64,000 bases of DNA from an uncultured virus (IMG/VR IMGVR_UViG_3300027763_000054). Its lineage: Duplodnaviria > Heunggongvirae > Uroviricota > Caudoviricetes. A program made the translations under genes and the position numbers. The notes under the pieces were generated by a model, which did no database searches, was not told the DNA's origin, and saw only the letters and a program-made list of their open reading frames with translations. The DNA is taken from IMG/VR virus record IMGVR_UViG_3300027763_000054; one strand, given 5' to 3'. Of this stretch, positions 29,489 to 39,698 are shown piece by piece (the first letter of the stretch is position 1; each line of letters begins with the position of its first letter).

Positions 29489-30301
29489 ATGGCAAATCTA
29501 AATACATCCATTCCAACAGCTACACTTAATTATGCCGGGGCCGGAACAGGCCCAAGCACCACCCGACATGTACCTAGTTACACCGACCAACGCATTGTTT
29601 GGTTTAAGGGTGTGGATAATATACTAGATCTAACTGTTTCGGGCAGTGATCGTAGACCAGTTAGTTTATTACGTAGAGAAGTCACTGTTACCTTTTGGGA
29701 CAGGAATACTGGTTCAACTATATTCCGCCGCCGCGCAATGCCTGTGGTAGCAGAAAACGGAGTAGCAAGATTAACAGTTTTTGCTCGAGATTTAATGACA
29801 CTGGGATCTGGATTGTATACCTTAGCCGCAACTATTGTAAATGAAGACGGGCTCGAAACGGCCTTAACATGGAATCGTGCTCAACAAGCAGGTTTTGATA
29901 TTGAAGTAAAAGATGAAGTTGTACCAACATCGCGTTCAACTAGCATAATCACTGATTACACAGATGTAAGTACACCATCAGTTCAAAGTACGTTTGTGTC
30001 CAGTGCGGTTAATGGTCCAACTTATTACAGAAAAGATACATCTATGTTTACTGTAGCAGTGTATGGAAGTAATTGGACAGGTAGTATTATTGTTCAAGGC
30101 ACACTTGATGAAGTTGTTAGCGGATCTACGCTTTGGGCAGACCTGAAACCACAAGACTATACAACAGCCGTATTGGACTTTGCCGGATACACAGGTATTG
30201 ATCCATACAACTACTATGGTGGTGTTCGTTGGCTACGAGTAGTAAAACAAAATAACCCATCCAACGCAGGAACGCTTGACAGAGTTTTAATAAGAGTGTA
30301 A
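29489..30301 (+). CDS. Hypothetical beta-rich late (structural?) protein
   Basis: 270 aa; TAAATA 5 nt before the ATG. Confidence 0.7.
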   Translation: MANLNTSIPTATLNYAGAGTGPSTTRHVPSYTDQRIVWFKGVDNILDLTVSGSDRRPVSLLRREVTVTFWDRNTGSTIFRRRAMPVVAENGVARLTVFARDLMTLGSGLYTLAATIVNEDGLETALTWNRAQQAGFDIEVKDEVVPTSRSTSIITDYTDVSTPSVQSTFVSSAVNGPTYYRKDTSMFTVAVYGSNWTGSIIVQGTLDEVVSGSTLWADLKPQDYTTAVLDFAGYTGIDPYNYYGGVRWLRVVKQNNPSNAGTLDRVLIRV

Positions 30302-30313
30302 TATACACTTTAT

Positions 30314-31282
30314 ATGAGCTTAGTTGAGAACATTTTAAGGGCGCATCTACCACCTGTGAAATCAACCGTAAATGGTTGGTTCACTATGAACTGTCCAATG
30401 TGTACTCAAAACGGACAGACCAGATCAGATACACGACACCGCGGTGGCCTAAAGTTTGAACAAGATAGAGTAGGCTATCATTGTTTTAATTGTCAATATA
30501 CCACAGGTTGGCGACCAGGACAGCGACTAGGCATCAAGTTAATAAAACTAATGCGCCAGATTGGTATCGACGAAGGTGATATACAAAGATTAAAAATTCA
30601 ATTATGGGACCAAGTAGTTGAATCAGAAGAGTTTGTTGAAGAGCCATATAAGAAGCCTGACTGGCCAGAAATAACGTGGCCTTGGACAGTTAGAGAATTA
30701 AATTTAGAAGCCGCAGAATATTTAGATAGCCGTGGTGTATTAGAATTAAGTGAATGGTATACCAGTGCTAGTCCAATACAAGGTATGGATAGTCGTGTCA
30801 TATTACCTTACATGAGTGATGGTAAAATTGTAGGATACAGTGCCAGGTGGATAGGTGATGTACCAGATAAGAAAACAGCAAAGATGGTTACAAGTAGACC
30901 TCCTAGTTTTGTGTTTAATTTAGACCACCAAAGCCAACAACGCAAGTACACAATAATAACCGAAGGCGAGTATGATGCTCTAACTCTTGACGGCGTTGCA
31001 GTTATGACCAATAGCATTAGTCCGGAACAAGCAAAAATTATTGAGGACATTGATAACGAACCTGTAGTGCTTCCTGATAAAGACAAGGCAGGACTACAGT
31101 TAGCCATGCAAGCGGCAGAATTAGGCTGGAGTGTTGCCTTTCCAGATTGGCCAGAAGGTATTAAGGATGCTAACCAAGCCGCACAACAGTTTGGTAGAGT
31201 TGCTACACTACAAAGTGTGTTATTGGCTATTGAAAGCTCGCCATTAAAGATTAAATTAATAGCAAGGCGGTGGTGTGTATAA
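30314..31282 (+). CDS. DNA primase (gp61-like)
   Basis: CPMC...HCFNC zinc ribbon; TOPRIM ITEGEYDA and PDKDKAG; KDAN. Confidence 0.9.
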   Translation: MSLVENILRAHLPPVKSTVNGWFTMNCPMCTQNGQTRSDTRHRGGLKFEQDRVGYHCFNCQYTTGWRPGQRLGIKLIKLMRQIGIDEGDIQRLKIQLWDQVVESEEFVEEPYKKPDWPEITWPWTVRELNLEAAEYLDSRGVLELSEWYTSASPIQGMDSRVILPYMSDGKIVGYSARWIGDVPDKKTAKMVTSRPPSFVFNLDHQSQQRKYTIITEGEYDALTLDGVAVMTNSISPEQAKIIEDIDNEPVVLPDKDKAGLQLAMQAAELGWSVAFPDWPEGIKDANQAAQQFGRVATLQSVLLAIESSPLKIKLIARRWCV

Positions 31283-31472
31283 AGTTAAACTAACTTGGAA
31301 GCTAGGGCAAGATACAACACAATGGTGGAATCATGTGTGTGCTTGGGTGATAGAAGAATATGGGTTACCTGGCAATAACTATAAAACAGAAATAACAGAA
31401 AATTACATGATATTTGATTTTAATAAACAAGAAGACGCCGCAATGACAGCCTTGCGATGGGGGAATAATTAA
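31275..31472 (+). CDS. Small hypothetical protein
   Basis: 65-aa ORF overlapping the primase stop and helicase start. Confidence 0.6.
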   Translation: MYKVKLTWKLGQDTTQWWNHVCAWVIEEYGLPGNNYKTEITENYMIFDFNKQEDAAMTALRWGNN

Positions 31473-32938
31473 TGGATAAAGAATATAGTGTAAGTACGCA
31501 GACGTTGTATTTGCAGTTTCTAATTAGTAGTAGAGACCTAGCGGCAAGATGTAATAACATCTTGGACCCAGATCACTTTGACAGACGAATCAGAAAAGCC
31601 GCAGAGTTTATCAAAGACTATGTTAATCAACACGGTGACATTCCAGATCCATTGCAGATTAAAGCAGTGGGTGGTGTTGACATTGAGAACATTGGACCAA
31701 CAGCAGAACAGCATAGCTCATGGTTCTTGGAAGAGTTTGAAAAGTTCTCTAGATACAAAGCATTAGAGAAAGCTATTTTAACAAGCTCTGACATGTTAGA
31801 AAAACATGAGTATGGTGCAGTTGAGAAACTAATTAAAGAAGCTGTACAGGTTGGCTTACCAAAGACATTTGGTACCGACTACTTTGCTGATCCAGTTGGA
31901 CGACTAAAAGCAATTAGAGACAACAACGGTCAAGTGTCCACTGGCTGGAAAGACTTAGATGACAAATTGTACGGTGGATTTAACAAAGGTGAGTTAAACA
32001 TTTTTGCAGGAGCATCCGGCGCAGGTAAAAGTTTATTCTTACAGAATTTGGCACTAAATTGGTCACAAGCAGGAATGAATGTTGTATACTTCTCACTGGA
32101 ACTTAGTGAACTGTTATGTAGTCAGCGTATGGATGCTATGATCACAGACATGTCTACTAGAGAATTGTATAAGAGATTGGATGAAGTCGAACTTAAAGTT
32201 AAGACAGCTGGTAAGAAGGGTAAGTTACAAATTGTTCAACTTACCAATGGTATCACAGCAAACGACATCTTGGCATGGGTACGCGAATTTCAAACACAGC
32301 GTAACATTAAAGTAGATGCTATCTTGGTAGACTACTTGGACTTAATGATGCCAGCAAGCCAAAAGATCAGTGTAAGTGATATGTTTGTCAAGGACAAACT
32401 AGTAGCAGAAGAGTTACGTAATCTGGTTGTCAGTGAACAGTTGCTATTGGCAACAGCATCACAGTTAAATCGTAGTGCTGTGGAAAGTGTGGAATTTGAC
32501 CATTCCATGATTGCTGGTGGTCTGAGTAAGATTCAAACTGCTGACAATGTGTTTGGTATCTACAGTACTCCTAGCATGAAAGAACGTGGAACAGTACAAA
32601 TCCAATTCATGAAGACACGCTCGAGTAGTGGCGTAGGACAAAAAATTGATTTGAGCTTTAACCCAGATACAATGCGTATTTCTAATGCTGTTGACAGTGA
32701 CAATACATCCACAACAAGTGCTAAAGATTTATACAATAAAATTAATAGAACTAGCAACATGGGCACAACTGTAAAAACAAGCACATCTACAACATGGGAG
32801 AAGCCAACTGGTACCCCAGCATGGGAAAAACCGCCACAACCACCAGCCAGGGAAGCAAAATCTAATCCAGTTTCGGTTACAAACACAACTTCTGCGGCCA
32901 GAGCCAAACTAACCGCAATTGTAAGCAGGGATTTATAA
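31472..32938 (+). CDS. Replicative helicase (gp41/DnaB-like)
   Basis: FAGASGAGKS, YFSLEL, ILVDYLDL, TASQLNR, MKTR. Confidence 0.92.
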   Translation: MDKEYSVSTQTLYLQFLISSRDLAARCNNILDPDHFDRRIRKAAEFIKDYVNQHGDIPDPLQIKAVGGVDIENIGPTAEQHSSWFLEEFEKFSRYKALEKAILTSSDMLEKHEYGAVEKLIKEAVQVGLPKTFGTDYFADPVGRLKAIRDNNGQVSTGWKDLDDKLYGGFNKGELNIFAGASGAGKSLFLQNLALNWSQAGMNVVYFSLELSELLCSQRMDAMITDMSTRELYKRLDEVELKVKTAGKKGKLQIVQLTNGITANDILAWVREFQTQRNIKVDAILVDYLDLMMPASQKISVSDMFVKDKLVAEELRNLVVSEQLLLATASQLNRSAVESVEFDHSMIAGGLSKIQTADNVFGIYSTPSMKERGTVQIQFMKTRSSSGVGQKIDLSFNPDTMRISNAVDSDNTSTTSAKDLYNKINRTSNMGTTVKTSTSTTWEKPTGTPAWEKPPQPPAREAKSNPVSVTNTTSAARAKLTAIVSRDL

Positions 32939-32961
32939 TTTTTTTGGCTAAATAATTTATT

Positions 32962-33213
32962 ATGAGAAAACAAACTCGAAGTATCTTAGATGAAATAACC
33001 GGATTAATGCCGCAACAGGACAAGCACCTGCTAGTTGAAGGACTAGCAGTGCAGGCCATTGCACGAGTTGTTAACCTAATTGAAGTAATACAACACAATT
33101 ATGCTCCACATCAGGCAGATGAATTAATTCGTAGACTACAGTTAGCTATTAAAAACGGCGATTCTGCTAAGTTTACTCGTGGTGTAAGAGCAATAAAGGA
33201 AAGCGAACATTGA
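32962..33213 (+). CDS. Small hypothetical late protein
   Basis: 83 aa, TAAATA upstream. Confidence 0.7.
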   Translation: MRKQTRSILDEITGLMPQQDKHLLVEGLAVQAIARVVNLIEVIQHNYAPHQADELIRRLQLAIKNGDSAKFTRGVRAIKESEH

Positions 33214-34394
33214 AAGTCAGCGAATTAAAGCCACTCAAAGAAGGGTTTATTGACAACCTAGTTGCCAAAGTTAAAAACATGGCTGGAAGTGACGGTGTCA
33301 CAGGTTTTGTTAGAGCACTTGGCGGACAAAACGCATCATTAAAAAAGTTTGCTGATGTAATTAACAACGCCGCAACACCTAAGATTACAGATCGATTGGG
33401 TCAACAAATTGGCCCAATCAAAGATGGTTCTGTGCCTATTCCATTGGGCATGATATACAAGCAAGTTATAGCAGTTGCCGCACAAGTAGCACAAAAGGAA
33501 CAAATTGATGTTTCGGCAGTTGAAATTCAAAGTACCATTAAGTCTAATAAAGAAGCTGTGCTTCGAATGATATTAAATGGTTCTGAATTTGATGACAAGA
33601 TAGTTAAAGATATATTCCAGGCCATTTTGAATAATTCAGCAACAATTACAGATACAGATCTTGGGCAAACAATTAGCACAGTTAGTCTTATTGTTGCCGG
33701 AACAATTATTTTAAATCAAACCGAAAAGGAAGACACTGATGCCGAAACAGCATTAGATACAAGCCTAAAGACCAAGTTTGAACAACAAGGTGAACAGTTT
33801 AATCGGGAAGTGTTAGATCCAACTTCCGGAATCTTTAAAACATTAAATCCAAATGAACAGTTTAAAGACAATATGGAAGCCATGGTGATTCAGGCAGTTA
33901 AAACAGTACAAGACAAATACTTGCCTTTGCCTGTTGATAAATTGACTGCTTTAGAAACTGCACCTCCAGCATTGGTTAGTCCATTGCAAATGAAATCAAT
34001 GTTGACTTCACATAACAATACATTAGATGCTGCCGTAGTTGACACAGCACAAAATAAGATTAATACATTGTTACAAGCACAATTTGATACATGGATTAAA
34101 CTAGCTGCCAAGGAATCTGCTACTGGTCGTAAAGCTGACCACTCGTTTAACCTGTATAGAGAGTGGGCAAAAGATGCGCTGGCTTTAATAGATAATATGA
34201 ATGTTGTTACTCAACAACAGAAACCCGAAGTCAACAACAAAGAAGAATCACCTGAGGTTAAACAAACATTCGACGATGCAAGAGAAGCAATGGGCAAGGC
34301 TTATAAAACAGCTCTGGCCCAAGGTAACACTGAACAACAAGCAATCCAAAAAGCTCAACAAGCTTCTGATAATCTATTAAAGCAAATAACATGA
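33210..34394 (+). CDS. Hypothetical helical protein, putative head-packaged
   Basis: 394 aa, TTG start, N-terminus MKVSELKPLKE-GF. Confidence 0.7.
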   Translation: MKVSELKPLKEGFIDNLVAKVKNMAGSDGVTGFVRALGGQNASLKKFADVINNAATPKITDRLGQQIGPIKDGSVPIPLGMIYKQVIAVAAQVAQKEQIDVSAVEIQSTIKSNKEAVLRMILNGSEFDDKIVKDIFQAILNNSATITDTDLGQTISTVSLIVAGTIILNQTEKEDTDAETALDTSLKTKFEQQGEQFNREVLDPTSGIFKTLNPNEQFKDNMEAMVIQAVKTVQDKYLPLPVDKLTALETAPPALVSPLQMKSMLTSHNNTLDAAVVDTAQNKINTLLQAQFDTWIKLAAKESATGRKADHSFNLYREWAKDALALIDNMNVVTQQQKPEVNNKEESPEVKQTFDDAREAMGKAYKTALAQGNTEQQAIQKAQQASDNLLKQIT

Positions 34395-35578
34395 AAATCT
34401 TTGAGATAACACATTCACGTAAGCCAATGCTAGCTGAAGCCAAGGCAAGAATTGATCATCCAGAAGACATCATGTTTGATGAAAATGGTTTAAGTGGCGC
34501 TCAACGTGCATTGTCAGCAATTTTACATTCAGCCGCTGATGTGCATGGAACTACTACCATTAAGTGGGACGGCAGTCCTGCAGTTATCTTTGGCTGGGTA
34601 GATAAAAACAATTTTATTGTAACTGACAAAGCTGGTATTGGTGCAAAGAAATACAACGGTCGTCCTACCAGTGCCGAAGAAGTCACAGCAATGATTTTCA
34701 ACAGAAAGCCGGACCAACCTGGTCGTGAAGATTATGCAAAACGTTTTGGCGTTGTATACGACTTACTGAAACGTGCTACACCAAAGACTCTAGTTGGACA
34801 AATGATTCAAGGCGATATGCTTTGGATGGACAAGTCAAACATTGACGTTACTGATGATTCTGTTAACTTCAAAGCTAACAAGATTCCTTATAGTATTAGT
34901 AAAGATACTGAATTAGGTAAGAAAATTGCCCGCAGTCAAGCAGGTATTGTAGTGCATGGTGTATATGCAACAGCAGACGAGGCCGCCAGTGCAGAAGGCG
35001 AACCAATGCCAACTACACCAACAACACTTGGTTTAAAAGATACTCCAGGTATTGTAATTGTTGGGCCAGAAACAAACATTGACCAAACTGCTAAAATTAA
35101 ATTACCAAAAGCTGATGTTGACCACGTTAAAGGATTAATTTCCAGCCCAGCGGCACAACAGATTAACAACATGCTTGATCCGTTTACCATTGGCAATTTA
35201 AAGATTTCTAACTTACCAGATATCTTTAAAAGCTTTATTAACTATAAAGCAGGACAAGGCCAAGAAATTGACGATGCTGGTAAAATTGCCAACGAATTTA
35301 TTCAATGGGTTAAGAGTCCTGTTAGTAAAATGACAGCTAACAAACAGGAAAATGTGTTAAGCCACATTGGGCAATACAAGTCAGCATTTCAAACTGCTTG
35401 GGAAATTGTTGCTGGCATTACAAACATTAAACATAAAATTAAAGATCAATTAGATTCTTTAGCAGGCCAGGGTAGCGAAGCAATTCGCACTGCCAGCGGC
35501 CATGAAGGTTTTGTTTCTGCAACACCGCATGGCAAAATTAAATACGTAAACAGACCAGTGTTTATGAAGAAGGATTAA
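34391..35578 (+). CDS. Ligase-type nucleotidyltransferase superfamily protein
   Basis: TIKWDGS (KxDG motif I), IQGDM, HEGFV, KIKYV motifs. Confidence 0.6.
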   Translation: MKIFEITHSRKPMLAEAKARIDHPEDIMFDENGLSGAQRALSAILHSAADVHGTTTIKWDGSPAVIFGWVDKNNFIVTDKAGIGAKKYNGRPTSAEEVTAMIFNRKPDQPGREDYAKRFGVVYDLLKRATPKTLVGQMIQGDMLWMDKSNIDVTDDSVNFKANKIPYSISKDTELGKKIARSQAGIVVHGVYATADEAASAEGEPMPTTPTTLGLKDTPGIVIVGPETNIDQTAKIKLPKADVDHVKGLISSPAAQQINNMLDPFTIGNLKISNLPDIFKSFINYKAGQGQEIDDAGKIANEFIQWVKSPVSKMTANKQENVLSHIGQYKSAFQTAWEIVAGITNIKHKIKDQLDSLAGQGSEAIRTASGHEGFVSATPHGKIKYVNRPVFMKKD

Positions 35579-35579
35579 A

Positions 35580-36329
35580 ATGGAAGACTTTAACTTTATC
35601 AGAGAAAATTGTAATGAGAGCAAGATGTTTCGCAATAACTCTTTGTCTCAATTGACATTGCGTGACACTGCTGACAGTGTATTCTTAAATTTAATTACAC
35701 TTTACCTGTTGAGCAAAGAATTTGAAACTCGTCCATATGCACAAGAGTATGCTGGTAAAACTATTATGTTTGGCGGTTTTACTCAGCCACGTGTCAGTGG
35801 TACAGACTTGTACCAAGGTATTCATATTATTACCAACCCACAAAGTGATATAGCAAACTTATTAAAGGCTCCTGCACAAAATGCCGCACTAGCAACTCAG
35901 TTACATACTAACGCAAGACTTATAAAAGAATTTTTACATGGTATCTCATTTGGCAATTTAGATAGAACAACTGCTATCCGTATTATGTATAGATTAGAAG
36001 GCCAACTAAACATTGATGTAAGCAATTATAAGAGTTTGCGCCGTCTAATCACTGACTGGGAAAATTTAAGTTCTTACCAACATCAACTATGTGTGACTAG
36101 ACTATTGCAGTATTACAGAGTACGCGGCCGCCGTAGTGATCTATTCCCAGCCCTTGAAGACTTGGCTAAGAATAAAAATTGGGAACTAGATGTTGAACAT
36201 AATGCTGAAGTTGAAGCATTTGGCGCAGGTGTAGTGTCTGGTTCTAGAACAAGTAACGGTTTCCTTTCTAGTTTGGCCAAAGTAGGCGCCGCTGCCGCAG
36301 TAGGATACGCATTAGGTAGACACCTCTAA
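35580..36329 (+). CDS. Hypothetical protein with C-terminal glycine-zipper-like hydrophobic segment
   Basis: 249 aa ending LAKVGAAAAVGYALGRHL. Confidence 0.7.
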   Translation: MEDFNFIRENCNESKMFRNNSLSQLTLRDTADSVFLNLITLYLLSKEFETRPYAQEYAGKTIMFGGFTQPRVSGTDLYQGIHIITNPQSDIANLLKAPAQNAALATQLHTNARLIKEFLHGISFGNLDRTTAIRIMYRLEGQLNIDVSNYKSLRRLITDWENLSSYQHQLCVTRLLQYYRVRGRRSDLFPALEDLAKNKNWELDVEHNAEVEAFGAGVVSGSRTSNGFLSSLAKVGAAAAVGYALGRHL

Positions 36330-36333
36330 TATC

Positions 36334-36753
36334 ATGGCAGATAAAAAGTCATGGTCAGTGCCTGGAGCACACTTTGGGTCAGACCCAGAATTTTTCTCAG
36401 CTTGGACATTGTTTGACATTGGACCCAATTCCAACGAAAGCATGGACAATTTAAATACTTTAATGAGAATTGTTACCAGCAGGGGACAACCATTACTGGC
36501 TGGTGTTGAACGATATGATGCACACGACATCACTGATAGCTTGTTTGGTGAAAACTTAAATAGTATTCAAACCGTTTGGTGCTTAAAATGGATTGCCAGT
36601 GGCATTGGACAAATGACCGAAGAAACACTAGCAAAAGAGTCCAACGGATCTAAAATGAATATCAATCTAAGCGAAACACTACCATTGGTTCCTAATGTTG
36701 TTACAAGCGGACCCGACACAAATACATTTTTTATTCGCCACGATTCTTTCTAA
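36334..36753 (+). CDS. Hypothetical protein
   Basis: 139-aa ORF in operon. Confidence 0.65.
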   Translation: MADKKSWSVPGAHFGSDPEFFSAWTLFDIGPNSNESMDNLNTLMRIVTSRGQPLLAGVERYDAHDITDSLFGENLNSIQTVWCLKWIASGIGQMTEETLAKESNGSKMNINLSETLPLVPNVVTSGPDTNTFFIRHDSF

Positions 36754-36876
36754 AAATGGTAAATATACTTGAAAAAACACGCTCAATATTCGGCTCATCT
36801 AGGTCCCATTTTAATTAAAATTTAACCATATCACGGCAGTGTAGAACATGCTGTGAATTTATTTACGGATACGAAA

Positions 36877-37170
36877 ATGAGCGATACACCTATTACGGAA
36901 AACACAAGCTTGGAAATGCATGTTGAGCTGTGTGCAGAACGTTACAAGAGATTAGAAGAGAAATTTGATTTAGTAGAAAACCGTATAGATCAATTATGTG
37001 GAGATTTTTCTTCTTTTAAATCAGAAAATCAAAGAAACTTGAGCGAAATTAAAAACATGCTTAGTAGTGCCAAAGACGAGAAATTTAAAATTATGGTAAC
37101 AGCAACCGCTTCTGTTATAGTTGGTTTATTAGCAATGTTAGGTTATGTGATTACTCACCTGGCAAAATAA
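36877..37170 (+). CDS. Coiled-coil protein with single C-terminal TM helix (holin/XhlA-like architecture)
   Basis: ENTSLEMHVELCAERY...; TM segment IMVTATASVIVGLLAMLGYVI. Confidence 0.65.
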   Translation: MSDTPITENTSLEMHVELCAERYKRLEEKFDLVENRIDQLCGDFSSFKSENQRNLSEIKNMLSSAKDEKFKIMVTATASVIVGLLAMLGYVITHLAK

Positions 37171-37217
37171 CTAACGCTAAGGCACAACAATACTAAATAA
37201 CATATCGGAGAATAACC

Positions 37218-37829
37218 ATGAAATTTAACGAAATTACAATTACAAAAACACCAGCAGATGCGGCTCGCAAAGCCTTGCGTAAAGAAAGCATCGTAGTTGA
37301 AAGCCTTTCTGGACGTAAACTCAAAGAAGCATTAGTTTCAGTAAAAAATGAAATTGATGTATTGGCCAGTACAGGTGGCAAAAATTATGCCCGTGCTGTT
37401 TTACATAAAGAAGTTTATGAAAATATGGCATTGGCTGAAGCAGAATTAAACGATGACGGCATTGAACAGGCTGAAGTTATTATTGCCGCAAGAGCAATGA
37501 ATCATGAATTCCAAGGAATGATTGAAGATGTTGCTGACATGCTAGGTAGCGATATGATTACCTTAGTAGATCAAATTAAACAACGTTTTGGTGATGGTGC
37601 AGGTGAACAGTATGCAAACACTGTTAAGGCTGCTCTTGAAGGTGCAATTGATACCTTAACACAAACAAAAGACACTTTAGATAGTGCCATTAGCTCTTTA
37701 CAAAGTGGACAACCAGCTGACATGTCTGCATCTCCAGAAGGTGAAGAATTAGAAGCCCCTATTTTCCCAAGTAGTACAGGTCCTGAAGAAGAGCCGACTG
37801 GTAGGGAGATGAAGAGTGATATTGAGTGA
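37218..37829 (+). CDS. Hypothetical protein (possible prohead/core protein)
   Basis: 203 aa, TAAATA and GGAG upstream, acidic Pro-rich tail. Confidence 0.7.
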   Translation: MKFNEITITKTPADAARKALRKESIVVESLSGRKLKEALVSVKNEIDVLASTGGKNYARAVLHKEVYENMALAEAELNDDGIEQAEVIIAARAMNHEFQGMIEDVADMLGSDMITLVDQIKQRFGDGAGEQYANTVKAALEGAIDTLTQTKDTLDSAISSLQSGQPADMSASPEGEELEAPIFPSSTGPEEEPTGREMKSDIE

Positions 37830-38157
37830 ACTGGTAACAGCTGATACCAATTTTGCTAAAGCTGTCAAGATGTTGGTCATCAAGGCACAAAATGATGGCT
37901 TATCAACTTTGCCCATGCAAGATTTAATTAATAATTTAAATCGCATGGGCTTCAGTGCTACTAATCAGGTGAATGGTATACGTGGATTAATTGCTACATT
38001 CAAAGGTAAAAATCCAAATTTAGTTGCTGATGTTAACAATGACCAAGTTATTCTAACTAAAACACCCAGTGCTGATACTGAAAAACAAGCACAACAAAAT
38101 AAAGAAAAAGTTGGCAAAGATGCTGTCAAACAAGCACGTAAGGACTTAGGACTATGA
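37816..38157 (+). CDS. Hypothetical protein
   Basis: 113 aa, GTG start, overlaps the previous gene. Confidence 0.65.
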   Translation: MILSELVTADTNFAKAVKMLVIKAQNDGLSTLPMQDLINNLNRMGFSATNQVNGIRGLIATFKGKNPNLVADVNNDQVILTKTPSADTEKQAQQNKEKVGKDAVKQARKDLGL

Positions 38158-38501
38158 GTCGCGTAATGTTAACTGCCGCAGAGGCAAGAGTAAAAAGTTT
38201 ACAAGATGTATTCGTCATTCGTGAAATCCGCGATATCGAAGAAGAAATTTTAATTGCTAGTGCAAGCGGACTTGTTGAAGTTATTATTCCTCGCACTACC
38301 ACAATGGCAAAGAGTCTTGGAGACTTAGACTATGCGTTAGCAACTGAGTATTTTGATGCTTGGGCAGGTTCACGCGATGACCGTCAAAAAGTTTTACAAA
38401 TGGAAAAGGTACTCAAGTATTTTTCAGATCTTGGTTACTTAATTGAACGTCAAACTAACCCAACTTCAAACGCTACTTTCCAGTGGGTTGTTGCTTGGTA
38501 A
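38154..38501 (+). CDS. Hypothetical protein
   Basis: 115 aa with ATGA overlap. Confidence 0.7.
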   Translation: MSRVMLTAAEARVKSLQDVFVIREIRDIEEEILIASASGLVEVIIPRTTTMAKSLGDLDYALATEYFDAWAGSRDDRQKVLQMEKVLKYFSDLGYLIERQTNPTSNATFQWVVAW

Positions 38502-38516
38502 AACACATAATATAAT

Positions 38517-38549
38517 AAAAGCCTCCGCTAAATACAGCTGGAGGCTTTT
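38517..38549 (+). promoter_or_regulatory. RBS-sequestering hairpin with TAAATA in loop
   Basis: AAAAGCCTCC / GGAGGCTTTT stem; loop GCTAAATACAGCT. Confidence 0.7.
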
Positions 38550-38551
38550 TT

Positions 38552-39652
38552 ATGAAGATTTGGGAATTAGACCAACCTAGAGTAGGTGACATTGTAGAAT
38601 TTGAAACAGATCCAGATACTGTAGTTGAAGGACGCATTATTGCGGAAACAGCAGATGGATACATCTATGAGTTCTCTGAAACTGGCTATACTGAATTAAA
38701 TGAAACTTGTACACACGGCAAGTATTATTGCTCAACAGATAAAAAATGGAAATGCCGCCAAGGCCCTAAACAAAGTCGTACCACAGAAGCCGCTAATGCC
38801 GCACAGCAGGCCGCTATTGCTATCGCTAAAAAGAAAAAGGCAGGTGTGGCGGAAGGCTCGGAACATTTTAATCAATGCTATGTACAGGCCTGTAAAGTAT
38901 ACGATCGTGCTGAAGATAAAAAACTAAATCCTGTATTGTTACAAGTTGCAGGATACAAAGGTGACGGATCAAACGCTGATAAAAAATGGCTAGCGTTACC
39001 GCAACGAGTATGGCAACACTATGTTGTAGTTGTAAATGATACTGTATATGACCCAACTGCAAAACAATTTGGCAATGATAAGCCAACAAAATATTCCGTT
39101 GAAAAATTACAACAAGACTGGGACCAACAATATCAAATTCGCCCTAAACAAGATGTAGACGAAGCACACCCTAACAGTAAGATTTACGACAAGTGCTGGG
39201 ATGGATATAAGAAAGTTCCAGGTAAGAAGCGTGGCGAAAAGGGTTCGTGTGTAGAAGAATCTAGTGGTTATATTCCACGTAATAGTAAAGAAGCCAAAGA
39301 CCCGCGTTGGAGTAGTGCGTTAACAGGTGATGTGACTACACATACAATGCGTGATCAAATATCATCGTTCTTCCCAACTACGGCACCCGACGATGGACAA
39401 GAACAAGTCACTGAAGCTGAATACCAAGGACGCACAGTACCACTTGGAAAGCCAATGAAGGGTGATGTTAAAAAATCTAAAGTATATGTACGCAACGCTA
39501 AAGGCAATGTGGTTAAAGTAAACTTTGGTGACCCTAATATGCGTATTAAGAAAACTAGTCCAAAACATCGTAAGAGTTTTAGAGCTAGGCATCATTGTGA
39601 AAATCCAGGCCCACGTTGGAAAGCCCGTTATTGGTCGTGCCGCGCTTGGTAA
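38552..39652 (+). CDS. Modular polyprotein-like protein with repeated [LVT]xE junctions
   Basis: Modules separated by LNE-T, TTE-A, VAE-G, VDE-A, VEE-S, VTE-A; one module with C...H...D triad; C-terminal VNFGDP...ARYWSCRAW. Confidence 0.7.
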   Translation: MKIWELDQPRVGDIVEFETDPDTVVEGRIIAETADGYIYEFSETGYTELNETCTHGKYYCSTDKKWKCRQGPKQSRTTEAANAAQQAAIAIAKKKKAGVAEGSEHFNQCYVQACKVYDRAEDKKLNPVLLQVAGYKGDGSNADKKWLALPQRVWQHYVVVVNDTVYDPTAKQFGNDKPTKYSVEKLQQDWDQQYQIRPKQDVDEAHPNSKIYDKCWDGYKKVPGKKRGEKGSCVEESSGYIPRNSKEAKDPRWSSALTGDVTTHTMRDQISSFFPTTAPDDGQEQVTEAEYQGRTVPLGKPMKGDVKKSKVYVRNAKGNVVKVNFGDPNMRIKKTSPKHRKSFRARHHCENPGPRWKARYWSCRAW

Positions 39653-39698
39653 TATAAAATTTGACTTTTACCAACATAGTTGTTTATAATAAACAACA

